From the NCBI GenBank assembly GCA_030835875.1, contig JAURQY010000028.1, positions 1 through 36,596 on the forward strand: DNA of 36,596 nucleotides, written 5' to 3'. The position numbers were made by a program, and so were the translations under genes. The stretch is from Nitriliruptorales bacterium (lineage in GTDB: Bacteria; Actinomycetota; Nitriliruptoria; Nitriliruptorales; Nitriliruptoraceae). Position 1 is the first letter of the stretch; each line of letters opens with the position of its first letter. The notes beneath the pieces are model-generated. The model was not told the origin of the DNA. It saw nothing but the letters and a program-made list of their open reading frames with translations, and did no database searches. Shown one piece after another: positions 1-9,657 of the stretch.

Positions 1-222
1 GTCGCGCCGCACGTCGAGACGCTCCTCGAGCTGCGCCGCCGCGCCCGCGAGGACCGGCGGTACGGAGACGCCGACGCGATCCGCGACGCGCTGCTCGCCG
101 CCGGCATCGAGGTCCGCGATGGTGCGGGGGAGACCGGCTGGGAGTTCACCGACCCGCTCGCGGACTCGCTCGCCGACGCGCTCGCTCAGGGCGCAGGCCG
201 CGACGCAGCCGCTGCGGAGTAG
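1..222 (+). CDS. cysS: cysteine--tRNA ligase, C-terminal fragment (5' end outside the window)
   Basis: Frame 1 is open from base 1 to TAG 220-222. The translation ...[35 protein letters not shown]... fits the conserved CysS C-terminal tail pattern (AR..D[WY]..AD.IRD.L..AGI.V.D...G..W). Only 73 aa are visible. Confidence 0.5.
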   Translation, partial: VAPHVETLLELRRRAREDRRYGDADAIRDALLAAGIEVRDGAGETGWEFTDPLADSLADALAQGAGRDAAAAE

Positions 223-268
223 CCTTCGGCGGCTCGCCAACCTGCTCATCGGCTCCTGCGAGGTCCCC

Positions 269-628
269 GTGCGGCGCACGCTCATGAAGTCGAAACTTCA
301 TCGCGCAACGGTGACGGTGGCGGACCTCGACTACATCGGCTCGGTCACCATCGACCGTGATCTGATGGACGCAGCGGACCTCCTGCCGCACGAGCGTGTG
401 CAGGTCCTCGACGTCACCAATGGGGCAAGGCTCGAGACCTACGTCATCGAGGGAGAACGGGGGAGCGGGACGATCGGTATCAACGGTGCCGCTGCGCATC
501 TCGTGCATCCCGGTGATGTCGTGCTGATCGTGAGCTTCGCCGAGTTCGAGGAGGACGAGGCGCGCACGTGGGAGCCGACCGTCGTACTCGTTGATGATCA
601 CAACCGGGTCGCTCGCATCCTGCCATGA
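269..628 (+). CDS. panD: aspartate 1-decarboxylase proenzyme
   Basis: [38 protein letters not shown]...NGAAAH...EEARTWEP aligns along its length with PanD, including the Gly-Ser self-cleavage site (YIGS). GTG 269 follows GAGG (260-263) at 5 nt spacing and restores the usual MLRTMLKSK-type N-terminus. ATG 284 is the alternative start. The 119 start in the ORF track is an upstream extension. Confidence 0.9.
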   Translation: MRRTLMKSKLHRATVTVADLDYIGSVTIDRDLMDAADLLPHERVQVLDVTNGARLETYVIEGERGSGTIGINGAAAHLVHPGDVVLIVSFAEFEEDEARTWEPTVVLVDDHNRVARILP

Positions 629-674
629 TGGGAGCGGCCCAGCGACTCGGCCTGTGGCCAGGGAGGACAATCTG

Positions 675-1103
675 ATGGTGAGCGTCTTCACCCGCATAAT
701 CCGAGGAGAGCTCCCGGGCCGGTTCGTCTGGCGCGACGATCGCGTCGTCGCCTTCCTCACCATCGCCCCGGTCACGACCGGCCACGTGCTCGTCGTGCCT
801 GTCGATGAGGTCGAGCAGTGGATCGACCTCGACGCGGAACTCTGGTCCCGGGTCGCCGGCATCGCGCGCGAGATCGGGCGCGCCCTCCAGTCCGTGTTCG
901 ATGCGCCGCGGATCGGGCAAATGATCGCCGGGTTCGAGGTCCCGCACGTGCACGTCCACGTGCTCCCGGCCTACGACCTCGATGACATCGGCTTCGGTGG
1001 CGCCGACTCCTCGCCCGACCCCGATGTCCTCGATGCTGCTGCGGTCCGCATCAGAGCAGCCCTGAGGGGACTCGGTCACACCGACGTCGTGCCGGAGGGC
1101 TGA
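675..1103 (+). CDS. HIT (histidine triad) family protein
   Basis: MVSVFTRIIRGELPGRFVWRDD..VAFL.I.P...GHVLVVP plus the histidine triad HVHVHVLP. ATG 675 is preceded by GGGAGGA (661-667). Confidence 0.85.
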   Translation: MVSVFTRIIRGELPGRFVWRDDRVVAFLTIAPVTTGHVLVVPVDEVEQWIDLDAELWSRVAGIAREIGRALQSVFDAPRIGQMIAGFEVPHVHVHVLPAYDLDDIGFGGADSSPDPDVLDAAAVRIRAALRGLGHTDVVPEG

Positions 1104-1109
1104 CGGCCG

Positions 1110-2912
1110 TCAGCGTCGCTCGGCGGACGATGGGCGTGTCTCGACGGACCAGCGGGCGTGGAGGCGCGCGTACGGCCCGTCGACGGGCAGGAGCTCCGCA
1201 TGGGTCCCGTCCTGGACGAGCCGGCCGTCGGCCAGGACCAGGATCCGATCCGCATGCTCCGCCGTCGCGAGCCGGTGGGCCACCGTGATGCTCGTCCTCC
1301 CGGCGGTGAGCCTTGCGACCGCACGGCGCAGTCGGACATCGAGCGCCGGGTCGACAGCGCTCGTCGCCTCGTCGAGGATCAGCAGGTCAGGGTCGGCGGC
1401 CCAGGCGCGAGCGAGCGCGATGAGCTGCCGCTCGCCGGAGGACAGGCGAGAACCGCGTTCGCCCGCTCGCGTGCGCAGTCCGTCCGGCAGTGCGGCGATC
1501 CATGCATCGAGCCCGAGCGCGGCGAACGCGGCCATCACCTTCGTGTCGTCCGCTGACGGATCCCCGTAGCGGACGTTGTCGGCCACCGTCGCGTCGAGGA
1601 CGAACGGGTCCTGTGGCACGAACGCGACCCTCCGTCGCAGCTCCTCGGTCCTGATCGACTCGAGCGGGACGCCACCGAGCAGGATCGAACCATCGGGTGG
1701 TTCCTGGAGCCGTGCGAGGAGCTTCACGAGGGTGGACTTCCCCGACCCGGTCCGTCCGACGATCGCGACCCGACGCCCGGGAGTGATGTCGACGGAGACG
1801 TCCCGGAGCACCACCGTCCCGTCCGGGTACGCGTAGGTCAGGCGGTCGACGGCGATCGCGAGGGGCCCTGCGGCAGGCGACCGGCCATGGGTCGGTCGTG
1901 GGTCGACCGGGGTGTCAAGCACGTCGAGGACGCGTCGGAGTCCCGCCGCAGCGGACTGCGCCTGGTCGAGGATCTCGACGAGGAGCTGCACCGGTGCGAC
2001 GAACACGGTCACGAGCAGCAGGAACGCCACCAGACGTCCCGCGGTCAGACCAGTGGCGTCCGCCGTGGCGATCCCGATCGCCACGATCGCGATGGTCATC
2101 AGCGCCGCGAAGACCTCCGAGGTGGAGAACAGGCTGGCGCCGAGCAGTCGTGTGCGGGACTCCGTGCGGAACTGCCGCTCGAGTGCGGCACCGACGTCGG
2201 CGCCGATCCGCTCCTCGGCAGCGAAGGCACGGATGGTCGGGAGACCGCTGATCGCCTCGCCCGCGATGGCGAGCGAGTCGGCCGCGCGCGTCCGGACCCG
2301 GTCGTACCGACGTGCGAGGACCCGCTGCGCCGCGAGCAGCGTCATCGCGTAGAGCACGGCGATGCCGAGCACGACTCCTGCGAGGAGGGGATCGAACACG
2401 ACCATCAGCGTCGCGACGACCGCGAGCTGCGAGACGCCGACCAGCATCCCGATCCCACCCCACTCGATGAACTGCGTGATCGCGTCGATGTCACCGGTGA
2501 CCCGTGCGACGAGTGCACCACGGCGCTCGGCTGCGAGCGTCAGCGTGGGCACGGCATGCAGGTGGCGGAACACGTGGACGCGCAGCTCGTGGAGCCCCCG
2601 GGCGGCAGCGCGGACCAGCCGGTACATCGCCTGCCAGGAGGCGACAGCGGCGATGAGCGCGATCGCTGCGGCGAGGGCTCCGAGACGACCGGCAGCGACG
2701 ACGTCAGGGCCCGCGCTCGCGAGGACCTGCTCGTCGAGCAGACGCTGGAGCGCCACCGGGACGACCAGGGCCCCCACCGCACCCACTAGTGCGAGCGCTG
2801 CGGTCAGCACGAGACCGCGGCTGAGCGAGGGTGCGACCCGTGCTGCCTCTCGCAGGCCCGCGACGAGCGTCCGACGGGACGCGCTCGCTCCGATGCCGCC
2901 CGCGCGGCTCAA
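1110..2912 (-). CDS. ABC exporter, fused permease/ATP-binding subunit (type I half-transporter)
   Basis: N-terminal multi-TM domain, then Walker A GRTGSGKSTL, signature LSSGERQ and Walker B LLILDEATSAVD. The TTG start overlaps the upstream stop (TTGA at 2909-2912). Confidence 0.9.
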   Translation of the reverse strand: MSRAGGIGASASRRTLVAGLREAARVAPSLSRGLVLTAALALVGAVGALVVPVALQRLLDEQVLASAGPDVVAAGRLGALAAAIALIAAVASWQAMYRLVRAAARGLHELRVHVFRHLHAVPTLTLAAERRGALVARVTGDIDAITQFIEWGGIGMLVGVSQLAVVATLMVVFDPLLAGVVLGIAVLYAMTLLAAQRVLARRYDRVRTRAADSLAIAGEAISGLPTIRAFAAEERIGADVGAALERQFRTESRTRLLGASLFSTSEVFAALMTIAIVAIGIATADATGLTAGRLVAFLLLVTVFVAPVQLLVEILDQAQSAAAGLRRVLDVLDTPVDPRPTHGRSPAAGPLAIAVDRLTYAYPDGTVVLRDVSVDITPGRRVAIVGRTGSGKSTLVKLLARLQEPPDGSILLGGVPLESIRTEELRRRVAFVPQDPFVLDATVADNVRYGDPSADDTKVMAAFAALGLDAWIAALPDGLRTRAGERGSRLSSGERQLIALARAWAADPDLLILDEATSAVDPALDVRLRRAVARLTAGRTSITVAHRLATAEHADRILVLADGRLVQDGTHAELLPVDGPYARLHARWSVETRPSSAERR

Positions 2913-4747
2913 CGGACCGCCGTGTCCCGGGCGTAGGCCTCGACCAGCACGGCGTAGCCCGGCGAGGCCGTGAGCAGTGTCTCATGCGTCCCCGTGGCGG
3001 CGATCCGTCCGGACTCGATGTGGACGACCTCGTCCGAGGCCATGATGCTCGATGGGCGCGATGCGACGAGCACGACCGTCAGGTCGGCCTGTCCCGTCCG
3101 AGGCGCGGACGTGCGGAGCCCCTCGAGGATCTCGGCCTCGACCTCCGCATCAAGGGCTGACGTCGCGTCGTCGAGCATGAGGATGCGCGGACCCCGCGCG
3201 AGTGCTCGTGCGAGCCCGAGTCGCTGCTGCTGACCGCCCGACAGCTGCGTCCCCCGCTCACCGACACGTGTCGCGATTCCATCCGGCAGGGCATCGATGA
3301 CGTCCTCGAGCCGTGCAGCTCGGACCGCCCGGGTCACGTCCGCGTCCGAGACGGTGGGATCATCGAGCGTGATGTTGTCGCGGATCGACCGGTCGAGGAT
3401 GAACGGTTCCTGGCTGACGTACGTCACGGTCGATGCGACCGTTCCCTTTGTGAGGTCCCGGACGTCGATCCCGTCGAGCAGGACCCGACCCTCGTCCGGC
3501 TCCCAGAGGTGCGCGATCAGGCGGGTGAGCGACGACTTCCCGCTGCCCGTCGCTCCGACGAGGGCATAGGTGCGCCCGGCCTGCAACGTCAGGTCGATGT
3601 CGATGAGGGCCGGGTGTCCACCGGGGTAGCGCAGGCTCGCGCGCTCGATGCGCAGCAGCGGCGACCGTCCTCCCGGTGGCGTCCCGTCACCGGTGGGGAG
3701 GGTCCGCTCCCCGTGCGACGGGCGGTCGGTCACGTCCAGCACCGTGCGCACGCGGTGCCAGCCCGCCACGGACTGGGCCGCATCCCAGACCAGATAGCCG
3801 ATGAGCCGGGTCGGCACGACGAGGAGCGACAGCAGGTATGCGATGGTGACGAGGTCGCTTGGACCGACCGCTCCGCGCGCGACGAGCGTGGTCGCGTAGG
3901 CCAGCAGTGCGATCGAACCGAGGGTGGGTCCGAGATCCGTCACGGTCCGGAACGCGGTCCACGAGCGGCCGAGGCGCATCAGCGCATCGCGCTGTCTGCC
4001 TGACGCGGCGCGGAAGCGCTCGACCTCCTCCGCTTCACGTCCGAGCGCTCGGATCGTGAGCGCGCCATCGAAGCTCTCGTGTGCGACGCCGGCCGATCGC
4101 CCGACCGCAGCCTGGACCTCCTGCATGTTCCGGAACGCCGCCCAGCTCCCGATCCCGTCGACAGCGACGACGGCGATCATCACACCACCCGCGATGAGGC
4201 CGAGTCGGACGTCGATCGTCAGGACCAGTCCCATCGCACCGACGAGCAGGAGGAGCGACCCGAGGGCGAAGGGGAGCGGGGCGAGCAGTCCTGTCGCCTT
4301 CTTCGTGTCGTTCCCGGAGACGGCGAGCAGGTCACCGACACCACGGGTCGCGTACCAGCGGAGCGACAGGCCGAGCTGGTGCTGGACCACCTGTCGACGC
4401 AGCGCCTGCTCGGTCCGGAGCTGCCACCAGGCGGCCGCGCCGCGACGGAGCACGATGCTGACCGACCGCCAGATCGCGACGCCGCCGAGCACGGCCGCCG
4501 TCTCACGGATGCCGACGCCCGTCACCCCCTCCGCGGCGAACGCCGGGAGGACGACCTCCTCGGTGATCCAGCCGATGACGCCGGCGGAGACGACGATGGT
4601 CGCGGCGAAGGAGATCGCCCCCACGATCGACAGGATGGCAGCCGTCCGCTGAGCGCTCGCGTAGCGACGCGAGAGCCCGATGGCGTCCCCGACGAGCCGA
4701 CGGGGCGTCACCGGAGCCTCCGTCGCCGGCGACGGACGCACCGTCAC
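2909..4747 (-). CDS. ABC exporter, fused permease/ATP-binding subunit (partner half-transporter)
   Basis: TM domain plus Walker A GATGSGKSSL, signature LSGGQQQR and Walker B ILMLDDATSALD. The GTG start overlaps the stop of the upstream gene (GTGA at 4744-4747). Confidence 0.9.
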   Translation of the reverse strand: MTVRPSPATEAPVTPRRLVGDAIGLSRRYASAQRTAAILSIVGAISFAATIVVSAGVIGWITEEVVLPAFAAEGVTGVGIRETAAVLGGVAIWRSVSIVLRRGAAAWWQLRTEQALRRQVVQHQLGLSLRWYATRGVGDLLAVSGNDTKKATGLLAPLPFALGSLLLLVGAMGLVLTIDVRLGLIAGGVMIAVVAVDGIGSWAAFRNMQEVQAAVGRSAGVAHESFDGALTIRALGREAEEVERFRAASGRQRDALMRLGRSWTAFRTVTDLGPTLGSIALLAYATTLVARGAVGPSDLVTIAYLLSLLVVPTRLIGYLVWDAAQSVAGWHRVRTVLDVTDRPSHGERTLPTGDGTPPGGRSPLLRIERASLRYPGGHPALIDIDLTLQAGRTYALVGATGSGKSSLTRLIAHLWEPDEGRVLLDGIDVRDLTKGTVASTVTYVSQEPFILDRSIRDNITLDDPTVSDADVTRAVRAARLEDVIDALPDGIATRVGERGTQLSGGQQQRLGLARALARGPRILMLDDATSALDAEVEAEILEGLRTSAPRTGQADLTVVLVASRPSSIMASDEVVHIESGRIAATGTHETLLTASPGYAVLVEAYARDTAVR

Positions 4748-6297
4748 GCGCCGCTCCGGTCCGCCCCGGGTTCGGGCCGTGGCGTCAGCAGCTGGTCGAC
4801 GGGTGCATGGTTGTCGGTCAGCAACGGCGCATCTGCGACGCGTACCGCGAGCGCCTGATCTGAGACCACCACATCGTCTCGCCCACGCGCGCGGTTCCGC
4901 GCCACGATCGCATCGAGCGGCAGAGGGCGGTCCGATGCGATGACCACATGGTTCCCACCGCGCCCGTCGGCCCGCTCGAGGACGGCGACATGCGCGAACA
5001 CGTCCCCGATGGTCGCGACCTCGGCGTGGAGGAGGTCGCGTGGGCCATGGTCGATGATGTTGAGGATGTAGATGCCGTCCGGCGCCATGAGCGCCTGCAG
5101 GTCCGCGGTGAACTCGCGGGTCGTGAGGTGCCAGGGCACTGCGATGCCACCGAACGCGTCGCCGATGACGAGGTCGAAGGGCGCGACCGCAGCAGCGTCG
5201 CCGGCGGCCGACGCGACGAGGTCCGCGACAGCGCGCCGGGCGTCACCCGTGACGATGCGGACGTCGTCGCCCGGCGCGAACCCGAGCCGCTCGTCCGCGA
5301 TCGCGATGACCGCCGGGTCGAGCTCGAGCACGACCTGCATCGACCCGGGATGCTCGCTGCGGAGGTAGCGGGGCATCGTGAGCCCGCCCGCGCCGATGTG
5401 CAGCGCGCGCAGCGGTCGGCCGTCGGGCGCGAGCGCACCGATCGCATCCCCGTACCACGCGGTGTAGGTGAACGAGAGGACGGTCGGGTCGTCGAGGTCC
5501 ACGTGGCTGTGCGGCAGCGTGTCGAGCCACAGCACCCGGCCGCTGTCGCTCCGTGGGTCCTCACGCACCGCGATGCAGTAGTAGGTCGACTCCTCCTCGC
5601 ACGGCCCGTCGGTCGCGAGGGACGCACCGATCGCGAGCGCGGCGAGCACGAGGGGCGCGATGCCGAGCAGCGGCGTCGACCCGTCCGCGCCGAGGCGTCC
5701 GAGCGCCCGTCCCGCGCCGGCACGTGCCAGGCCGATCGCGACGACCACGCCACCGAGGACGAGCAGGACCGCGAGCACGCGGATGGTCGCCCGGGTCGGG
5801 AACAGCGCCACGAGCACGAAGCCCGTGAGGAACGTCCCCGCGATGCCGCCGAAGGTGGAGATGGCCGACAGCCGTCCGACGACGCTGCCGGTGCGCTCGA
5901 GCGAGTCGAGCTGGAGCTTGATCACGACCGGCGTCACGGCGGACAGCACGGCCGCGGGGACGAGCACGGCGAGGGTCGAGAGGATCACGGCCGTGGCGGG
6001 TCCGGTGCCGCGCAGCCCCGCGCCGAGCACGTCGACGATCGGGACGGTGAACGCGGCGAGCGCACCGCTCGCGACGAGCAGCGGGGCGAGCAGTCGGCGC
6101 GGCGCGGTGCGGTCGGCCGCCCGACCGCCCAGCCACGTCCCGAGTGCGATGCCGGCGAGGACGACGCCGATGATCGCCGTGTACGTCTCGATGGTGTTGC
6201 CGACGTAGGGGATGAGGAGGCGCGCCGCGAGCAGCTCGAGGACGAGCACGGCGGCGGAGGACAGGAAGACGAGGAGCGACGCGACGGGGGACGGCAT
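4744..6297 (-). CDS. membrane-fused spermidine-synthase-like protein (fused MFS/spermidine synthase family)
   Basis: N-terminal half has about 7 hydrophobic segments (MPSPVASLLVFLSSAAVLVLELLAARLL...). C-terminal half has a class-I SAM/dcSAM-type fold (LHIGAGGLTMPRYL..VLELDP.V..A...F......V..GDAR; DLVIGDAF). I chose ATG 6297. The 89 aa upstream of it in the ORF track are the antisense shadow of the ettA Walker-A region. Confidence 0.8.
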   Translation of the reverse strand: MPSPVASLLVFLSSAAVLVLELLAARLLIPYVGNTIETYTAIIGVVLAGIALGTWLGGRAADRTAPRRLLAPLLVASGALAAFTVPIVDVLGAGLRGTGPATAVILSTLAVLVPAAVLSAVTPVVIKLQLDSLERTGSVVGRLSAISTFGGIAGTFLTGFVLVALFPTRATIRVLAVLLVLGGVVVAIGLARAGAGRALGRLGADGSTPLLGIAPLVLAALAIGASLATDGPCEEESTYYCIAVREDPRSDSGRVLWLDTLPHSHVDLDDPTVLSFTYTAWYGDAIGALAPDGRPLRALHIGAGGLTMPRYLRSEHPGSMQVVLELDPAVIAIADERLGFAPGDDVRIVTGDARRAVADLVASAAGDAAAVAPFDLVIGDAFGGIAVPWHLTTREFTADLQALMAPDGIYILNIIDHGPRDLLHAEVATIGDVFAHVAVLERADGRGGNHVVIASDRPLPLDAIVARNRARGRDDVVVSDQALAVRVADAPLLTDNHAPVDQLLTPRPEPGADRSGA

Positions 6298-6364
6298 GGT
6301 GCCGGAGGGTAGGCGACTACCGTCAGCGCCCCGCAGCGGTCGTCGCAGCGACGGAGGGTCCACG

Positions 6365-8068
6365 GTGGCCGAGTACGTGTATGTGATGAAGGGCCTGTCG
6401 AAGACGGTGCCCGGTGGCAAGAAGGTCCTCGACGACATCTGGCTGTCGTTCCTGCCGGGCGCGAAGATCGGCGTCATCGGCCCGAACGGCGCCGGCAAGT
6501 CGACGCTCATGCGGATCATGGCCGGCGTCGACACCGAGTTCGACGGGGAGGCGTGGCCGGGCAAGGGCGTGCGCGTCGGCTACCTGCCGCAGGAACCGGA
6601 GCTCGACGACGCGCGCACCGTGCGTGAGAACGTGATGGACGCGCTCGGCGAGCAGATGTCGCTGATCGAGGAGTACAACGCGCTGACCATGCAGCTCGCC
6701 GAGCCCATGGACGACGACGCGATGCAGAAGGTCTACGACCGGATGGCCGTCGTCCAGGACGCCATCGATGCTGCCGACGCGTGGGACGTCGAGCGCACCG
6801 TCGAGATCGCGATGGACGCCCTGCGCGTGCCCGACGGCGACGCGGACGTGCGCACGCTCTCCGGCGGCGAGCGACGACGCGTCGCGCTGTGCCGGCTGCT
6901 GCTGACCAAGCCCGACCTGCTGCTGCTCGACGAGCCGACGAACCACCTCGACGCCGACACGGTCGCCTGGCTGCAGCGGCATCTGAACGACTACGCCGGC
7001 ACCGTGATCGCCATCACCCACGACCGCTACTTCCTCGACGAGGTCGCCGGCTGGATCCTCGAGGTGGACCGCGGACGCGGCTACCCCTACGAGGGCAACT
7101 ACTCCGGCTGGCTCGAGCAGAAGCGCGCGCGGCTCGCGAAGGAGGAGAAGGAGGAGTCGGCGCGCCAGAAGCAGCTCGCCGAGGAGGCGGAGTACGTTAA
7201 GCAGACGCCGCAAGGCCGCCGCACCCGTGCGCGTGCGCGCGTCGCCGCCTACGAGACGCTCCTCAACGCCGAGCGTCCGAAGCAGGTGACCAAGCCCGTC
7301 ATCATGATCCCGCCCGGTCCGCGTCTCGGCAACGTCGTCGTCGAGGCCGACGGCGTCGAGAAGGGCTTCGGCGACCGGCTGCTCTACGAGGGGCTGAGCT
7401 TCTCGCTCCCGCCCGGTGCGATCGTCGGCATCATCGGCCCGAACGGTGCGGGCAAGACGACGCTGTTCCGCATGATCGCGACCGCCGCCGGCGTTGCGCA
7501 GGGCGACGATGTGATCGCACCCGATGAGGGCGCGCTGCGCGTCGGTGACACGGTCGTGCTCAGCTACGTCGACCAGTCGCGGGCCGGTCTCGACGCGTCG
7601 AGGTCGGTGTTCGAGGAGATCACCGGCGGCGGCGACTGGGTCCAGCTCGGGAAGACGGAGATGGCGTCGCGCGCCTACTGCGCCGCGTTCGGCTTCGTCG
7701 GCTCCGAGCAGCAGAAGCCCGTCGGGTCGTGCTCGGGCGGTGAGCGCAACCGCATCCAGCTCGCGAAGCTCCTGCAGGAGGAGGCGAACCTGCTGCTCCT
7801 CGACGAGCCGACCAACGACCTCGACGTCGACACGCTGCGCTCGCTCGAGGAGGCGGTGCTCGACTTCGCCGGCTGCGTCGTCGTCACCTCCCACGACCGC
7901 TGGTTCCTCGACCGCGTCGCCACCCACATCCTCGCATTCGAGGGTGACTCGGAGGTGACGTGGTTCCCCGGCGGCTACTCCGAGTACGTCGAGGACCTGC
8001 GCCGTCGCAAGGGTGACGACGCGCTCAACCCGACCCGGGTCCGCTACAAGCCGCTCACCCGCCGCTGA
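6365..8068 (+). CDS. ettA: energy-dependent translational throttle protein EttA (ABC-F ATPase)
   Basis: VAEYVYVMKGLSKTVPGGKKVLDDIWLSFLPGAKIGVIGPNGAGKSTLMRIMAG is a typical EttA N-terminus. It has two ABC cassettes (GPNGAGKST / GPNGAGKTT; LSGGERRR / CSGGERNR) and no TM domain. GTG 6365 is preceded by GGAGGG. Confidence 0.9.
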   Translation: MAEYVYVMKGLSKTVPGGKKVLDDIWLSFLPGAKIGVIGPNGAGKSTLMRIMAGVDTEFDGEAWPGKGVRVGYLPQEPELDDARTVRENVMDALGEQMSLIEEYNALTMQLAEPMDDDAMQKVYDRMAVVQDAIDAADAWDVERTVEIAMDALRVPDGDADVRTLSGGERRRVALCRLLLTKPDLLLLDEPTNHLDADTVAWLQRHLNDYAGTVIAITHDRYFLDEVAGWILEVDRGRGYPYEGNYSGWLEQKRARLAKEEKEESARQKQLAEEAEYVKQTPQGRRTRARARVAAYETLLNAERPKQVTKPVIMIPPGPRLGNVVVEADGVEKGFGDRLLYEGLSFSLPPGAIVGIIGPNGAGKTTLFRMIATAAGVAQGDDVIAPDEGALRVGDTVVLSYVDQSRAGLDASRSVFEEITGGGDWVQLGKTEMASRAYCAAFGFVGSEQQKPVGSCSGGERNRIQLAKLLQEEANLLLLDEPTNDLDVDTLRSLEEAVLDFAGCVVVTSHDRWFLDRVATHILAFEGDSEVTWFPGGYSEYVEDLRRRKGDDALNPTRVRYKPLTRR

Positions 8069-8136
8069 CGGCCCTCCAGCGCCCGTCGGTCCGCACGGCC
8101 GTCCGGTCCGAACCCTTCCTCGGGCGAGGAGAAGCC

Positions 8137-9633
8137 ATGCACGTGCTCGTGCTCGGAGCCACGGGGTACGTCGGTGGACGGGTCGTGCCGGAGCTGCTCG
8201 CCGCGGGCCACACGGTCCGATGTGCCGTACGGCTCCCCGCGAAGCTCGACGGTCGTGCCTGGCGTGACCGCATCGAGGTCGTGCGTGGCGACGTGACGGA
8301 CCGCGCGTCGATGGACGCGGCGTCCGCCGGGATCGACGCGATCCTCTTCCTCGTCCACGCGATGGATGGCATGCCCGACTTCGCCGCACGTGAGGCGGAG
8401 GGTGCACGCACCGTGCGCGACGCGGCCGCCGCCGCGGGCGTCGAACGCATCGTCTATCTCGGGGGACTCGGCGATGCGGACGACCGGCTGTCCGCGCACC
8501 TCCGGTCGCGTCAGGAGGTCGGACGCATCCTCGCCGAGGGCCCCGTCCCGGTCACCGAGCTGCGGGCCGGTGTGGTCATCGGATCGGGGAGCGTCTCGTT
8601 CGAGATGCTCCGTCACCTCACCGAGGTGCTGCCCGTCATGACCACGCCGCGCTGGGTCGCGACGCGGACGCAGCCGATCGCGGTTCGCGACGTGCTGCGC
8701 ATGCTCGTCGGCGTGCTCGAGGTCGAGGAGGCCGCTGGGCGCGTGCTCGAGATCGGTGGGCCGGACGTGCTCACCTTCGCCGAGATGATGCAGCGCTACG
8801 CCGCGATCGCGGGGCTGCGTCGGCGCATCATCATCCGGGTCCCCGTCCTCTCTCCGAGGCTCTCGTCGCTCTGGGTCGGGCTCGTCACGCCGCTCCCGAC
8901 CGGTGTCGCGCGCCCACTCGTCGACAGCCTCGTCAACGAGGTCGTCGTGCGCGACGACGCCGCGCGTCGGCTCGTCCCCTTCGAGCGGACCTCGTTCGAC
9001 GATGCGGTCCGGCTGGCGCTGCGGCGCATCCAGGACCTCAACGTCGAGACGACGTGGGCATCCGCAGGGGGCGCCGACCGAGTGCCCTACGACGCCGCTG
9101 CCACCCCGAGCCCGGCCGACCCGGACTGGGCGGGGGGCACGATCCTCCGCGACGTCCGGCGCACGCGCTGCGCGGCACCCCCCGAGCGGCTCTTCGACGC
9201 GGTCACGTCGCTCGGCGGCACACGCGGTTATCACACGCCGCGCTTCCTGTGGGTGCTGCGCGGTGGCATCGACAAGATGGTCGGCGGCATCGGGCTCGGC
9301 CGCGGTCGGCGGCATCCGCAGAAGCTCGCCGTCGGCGAACCGGTCGACTTCTGGCGCGTCGAGGCGCTCGAGCGGCCGGCCGGCGACCGTGACGGGCTGC
9401 TGCGGCTGCGGGCGGAGATGAAGGTGCCCGGGGAGGCGTGGCTCGAGTTCCGCATCCGCCCGAGCGAGGACGGCGCCTGCGTGCTCGAGCAGCAGGCGCG
9501 CTTCCATCCCCGCGGGCTGTGGGGTCGCGTCTACTGGTACGGGCTGTCGCCGATCCACTCGTTCATGTTCCCGCGCATGGCCCGGCGCATCGCCCGTGAT
9601 GCCGAGGACCTCGCAGGTCGGCTCGTCGACTGA
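8137..9633 (+). CDS. NAD(P)-binding SDR/NmrA-like protein with C-terminal DUF2867-like domain (paralog 1)
   Basis: Rossmann motif MHVLVLGATGYVGG at the N-terminus and a long conserved C-terminal domain (...GLGRGRRHP..L.VG.PVDFWRVEA...LRLRAEMKVPGEAWLEF...). ATG 8137 is preceded by GAGGAGAAG. Confidence 0.8.
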   Translation: MHVLVLGATGYVGGRVVPELLAAGHTVRCAVRLPAKLDGRAWRDRIEVVRGDVTDRASMDAASAGIDAILFLVHAMDGMPDFAAREAEGARTVRDAAAAAGVERIVYLGGLGDADDRLSAHLRSRQEVGRILAEGPVPVTELRAGVVIGSGSVSFEMLRHLTEVLPVMTTPRWVATRTQPIAVRDVLRMLVGVLEVEEAAGRVLEIGGPDVLTFAEMMQRYAAIAGLRRRIIIRVPVLSPRLSSLWVGLVTPLPTGVARPLVDSLVNEVVVRDDAARRLVPFERTSFDDAVRLALRRIQDLNVETTWASAGGADRVPYDAAATPSPADPDWAGGTILRDVRRTRCAAPPERLFDAVTSLGGTRGYHTPRFLWVLRGGIDKMVGGIGLGRGRRHPQKLAVGEPVDFWRVEALERPAGDRDGLLRLRAEMKVPGEAWLEFRIRPSEDGACVLEQQARFHPRGLWGRVYWYGLSPIHSFMFPRMARRIARDAEDLAGRLVD

Positions 9634-9634
9634 G

Positions 9635-9657
9635 GGGCGCTGCCCTCGCCAGCGCTC
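9635..9657. terminator. hairpin between convergent genes (possible bidirectional terminator)
   Basis: GCGCTG (9637-9642) pairs with CAGCGC (9650-9655) around a 7-nt loop, extendable by G.U and G-C. It lies in the 22-bp gap between the paralog-1 stop (9631-9633) and the mobA stop (9656-9658). There is no U tract. Confidence 0.3.

Noticed and set aside
286-300. Palindrome GAAGT-CGAA-ACTTC at the 5' end of panD
   Set aside because: It lies within the conserved coding sequence (KSKLH). It is short and is explained by the codons, with no independent support for a regulatory role.
6298-6564. 89-aa N-terminal extension of the spermidine-synthase-like ORF (start 6564 in the track)
   Set aside because: The extension (…MIRMSVDLPAPFGPMTPIFAPG…) is the antisense image of the ettA Walker-A region and overlaps the ettA coding start. 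The hydrophobic protein begins naturally at MPSPVASLL (6297).
6323-8407. 694-aa minus-strand ORF opposite ettA
   Set aside because: It is antisense to a full-length ABC-F gene. The few apparent 'motifs' are reverse-complement images of the Walker/ABC signature regions.
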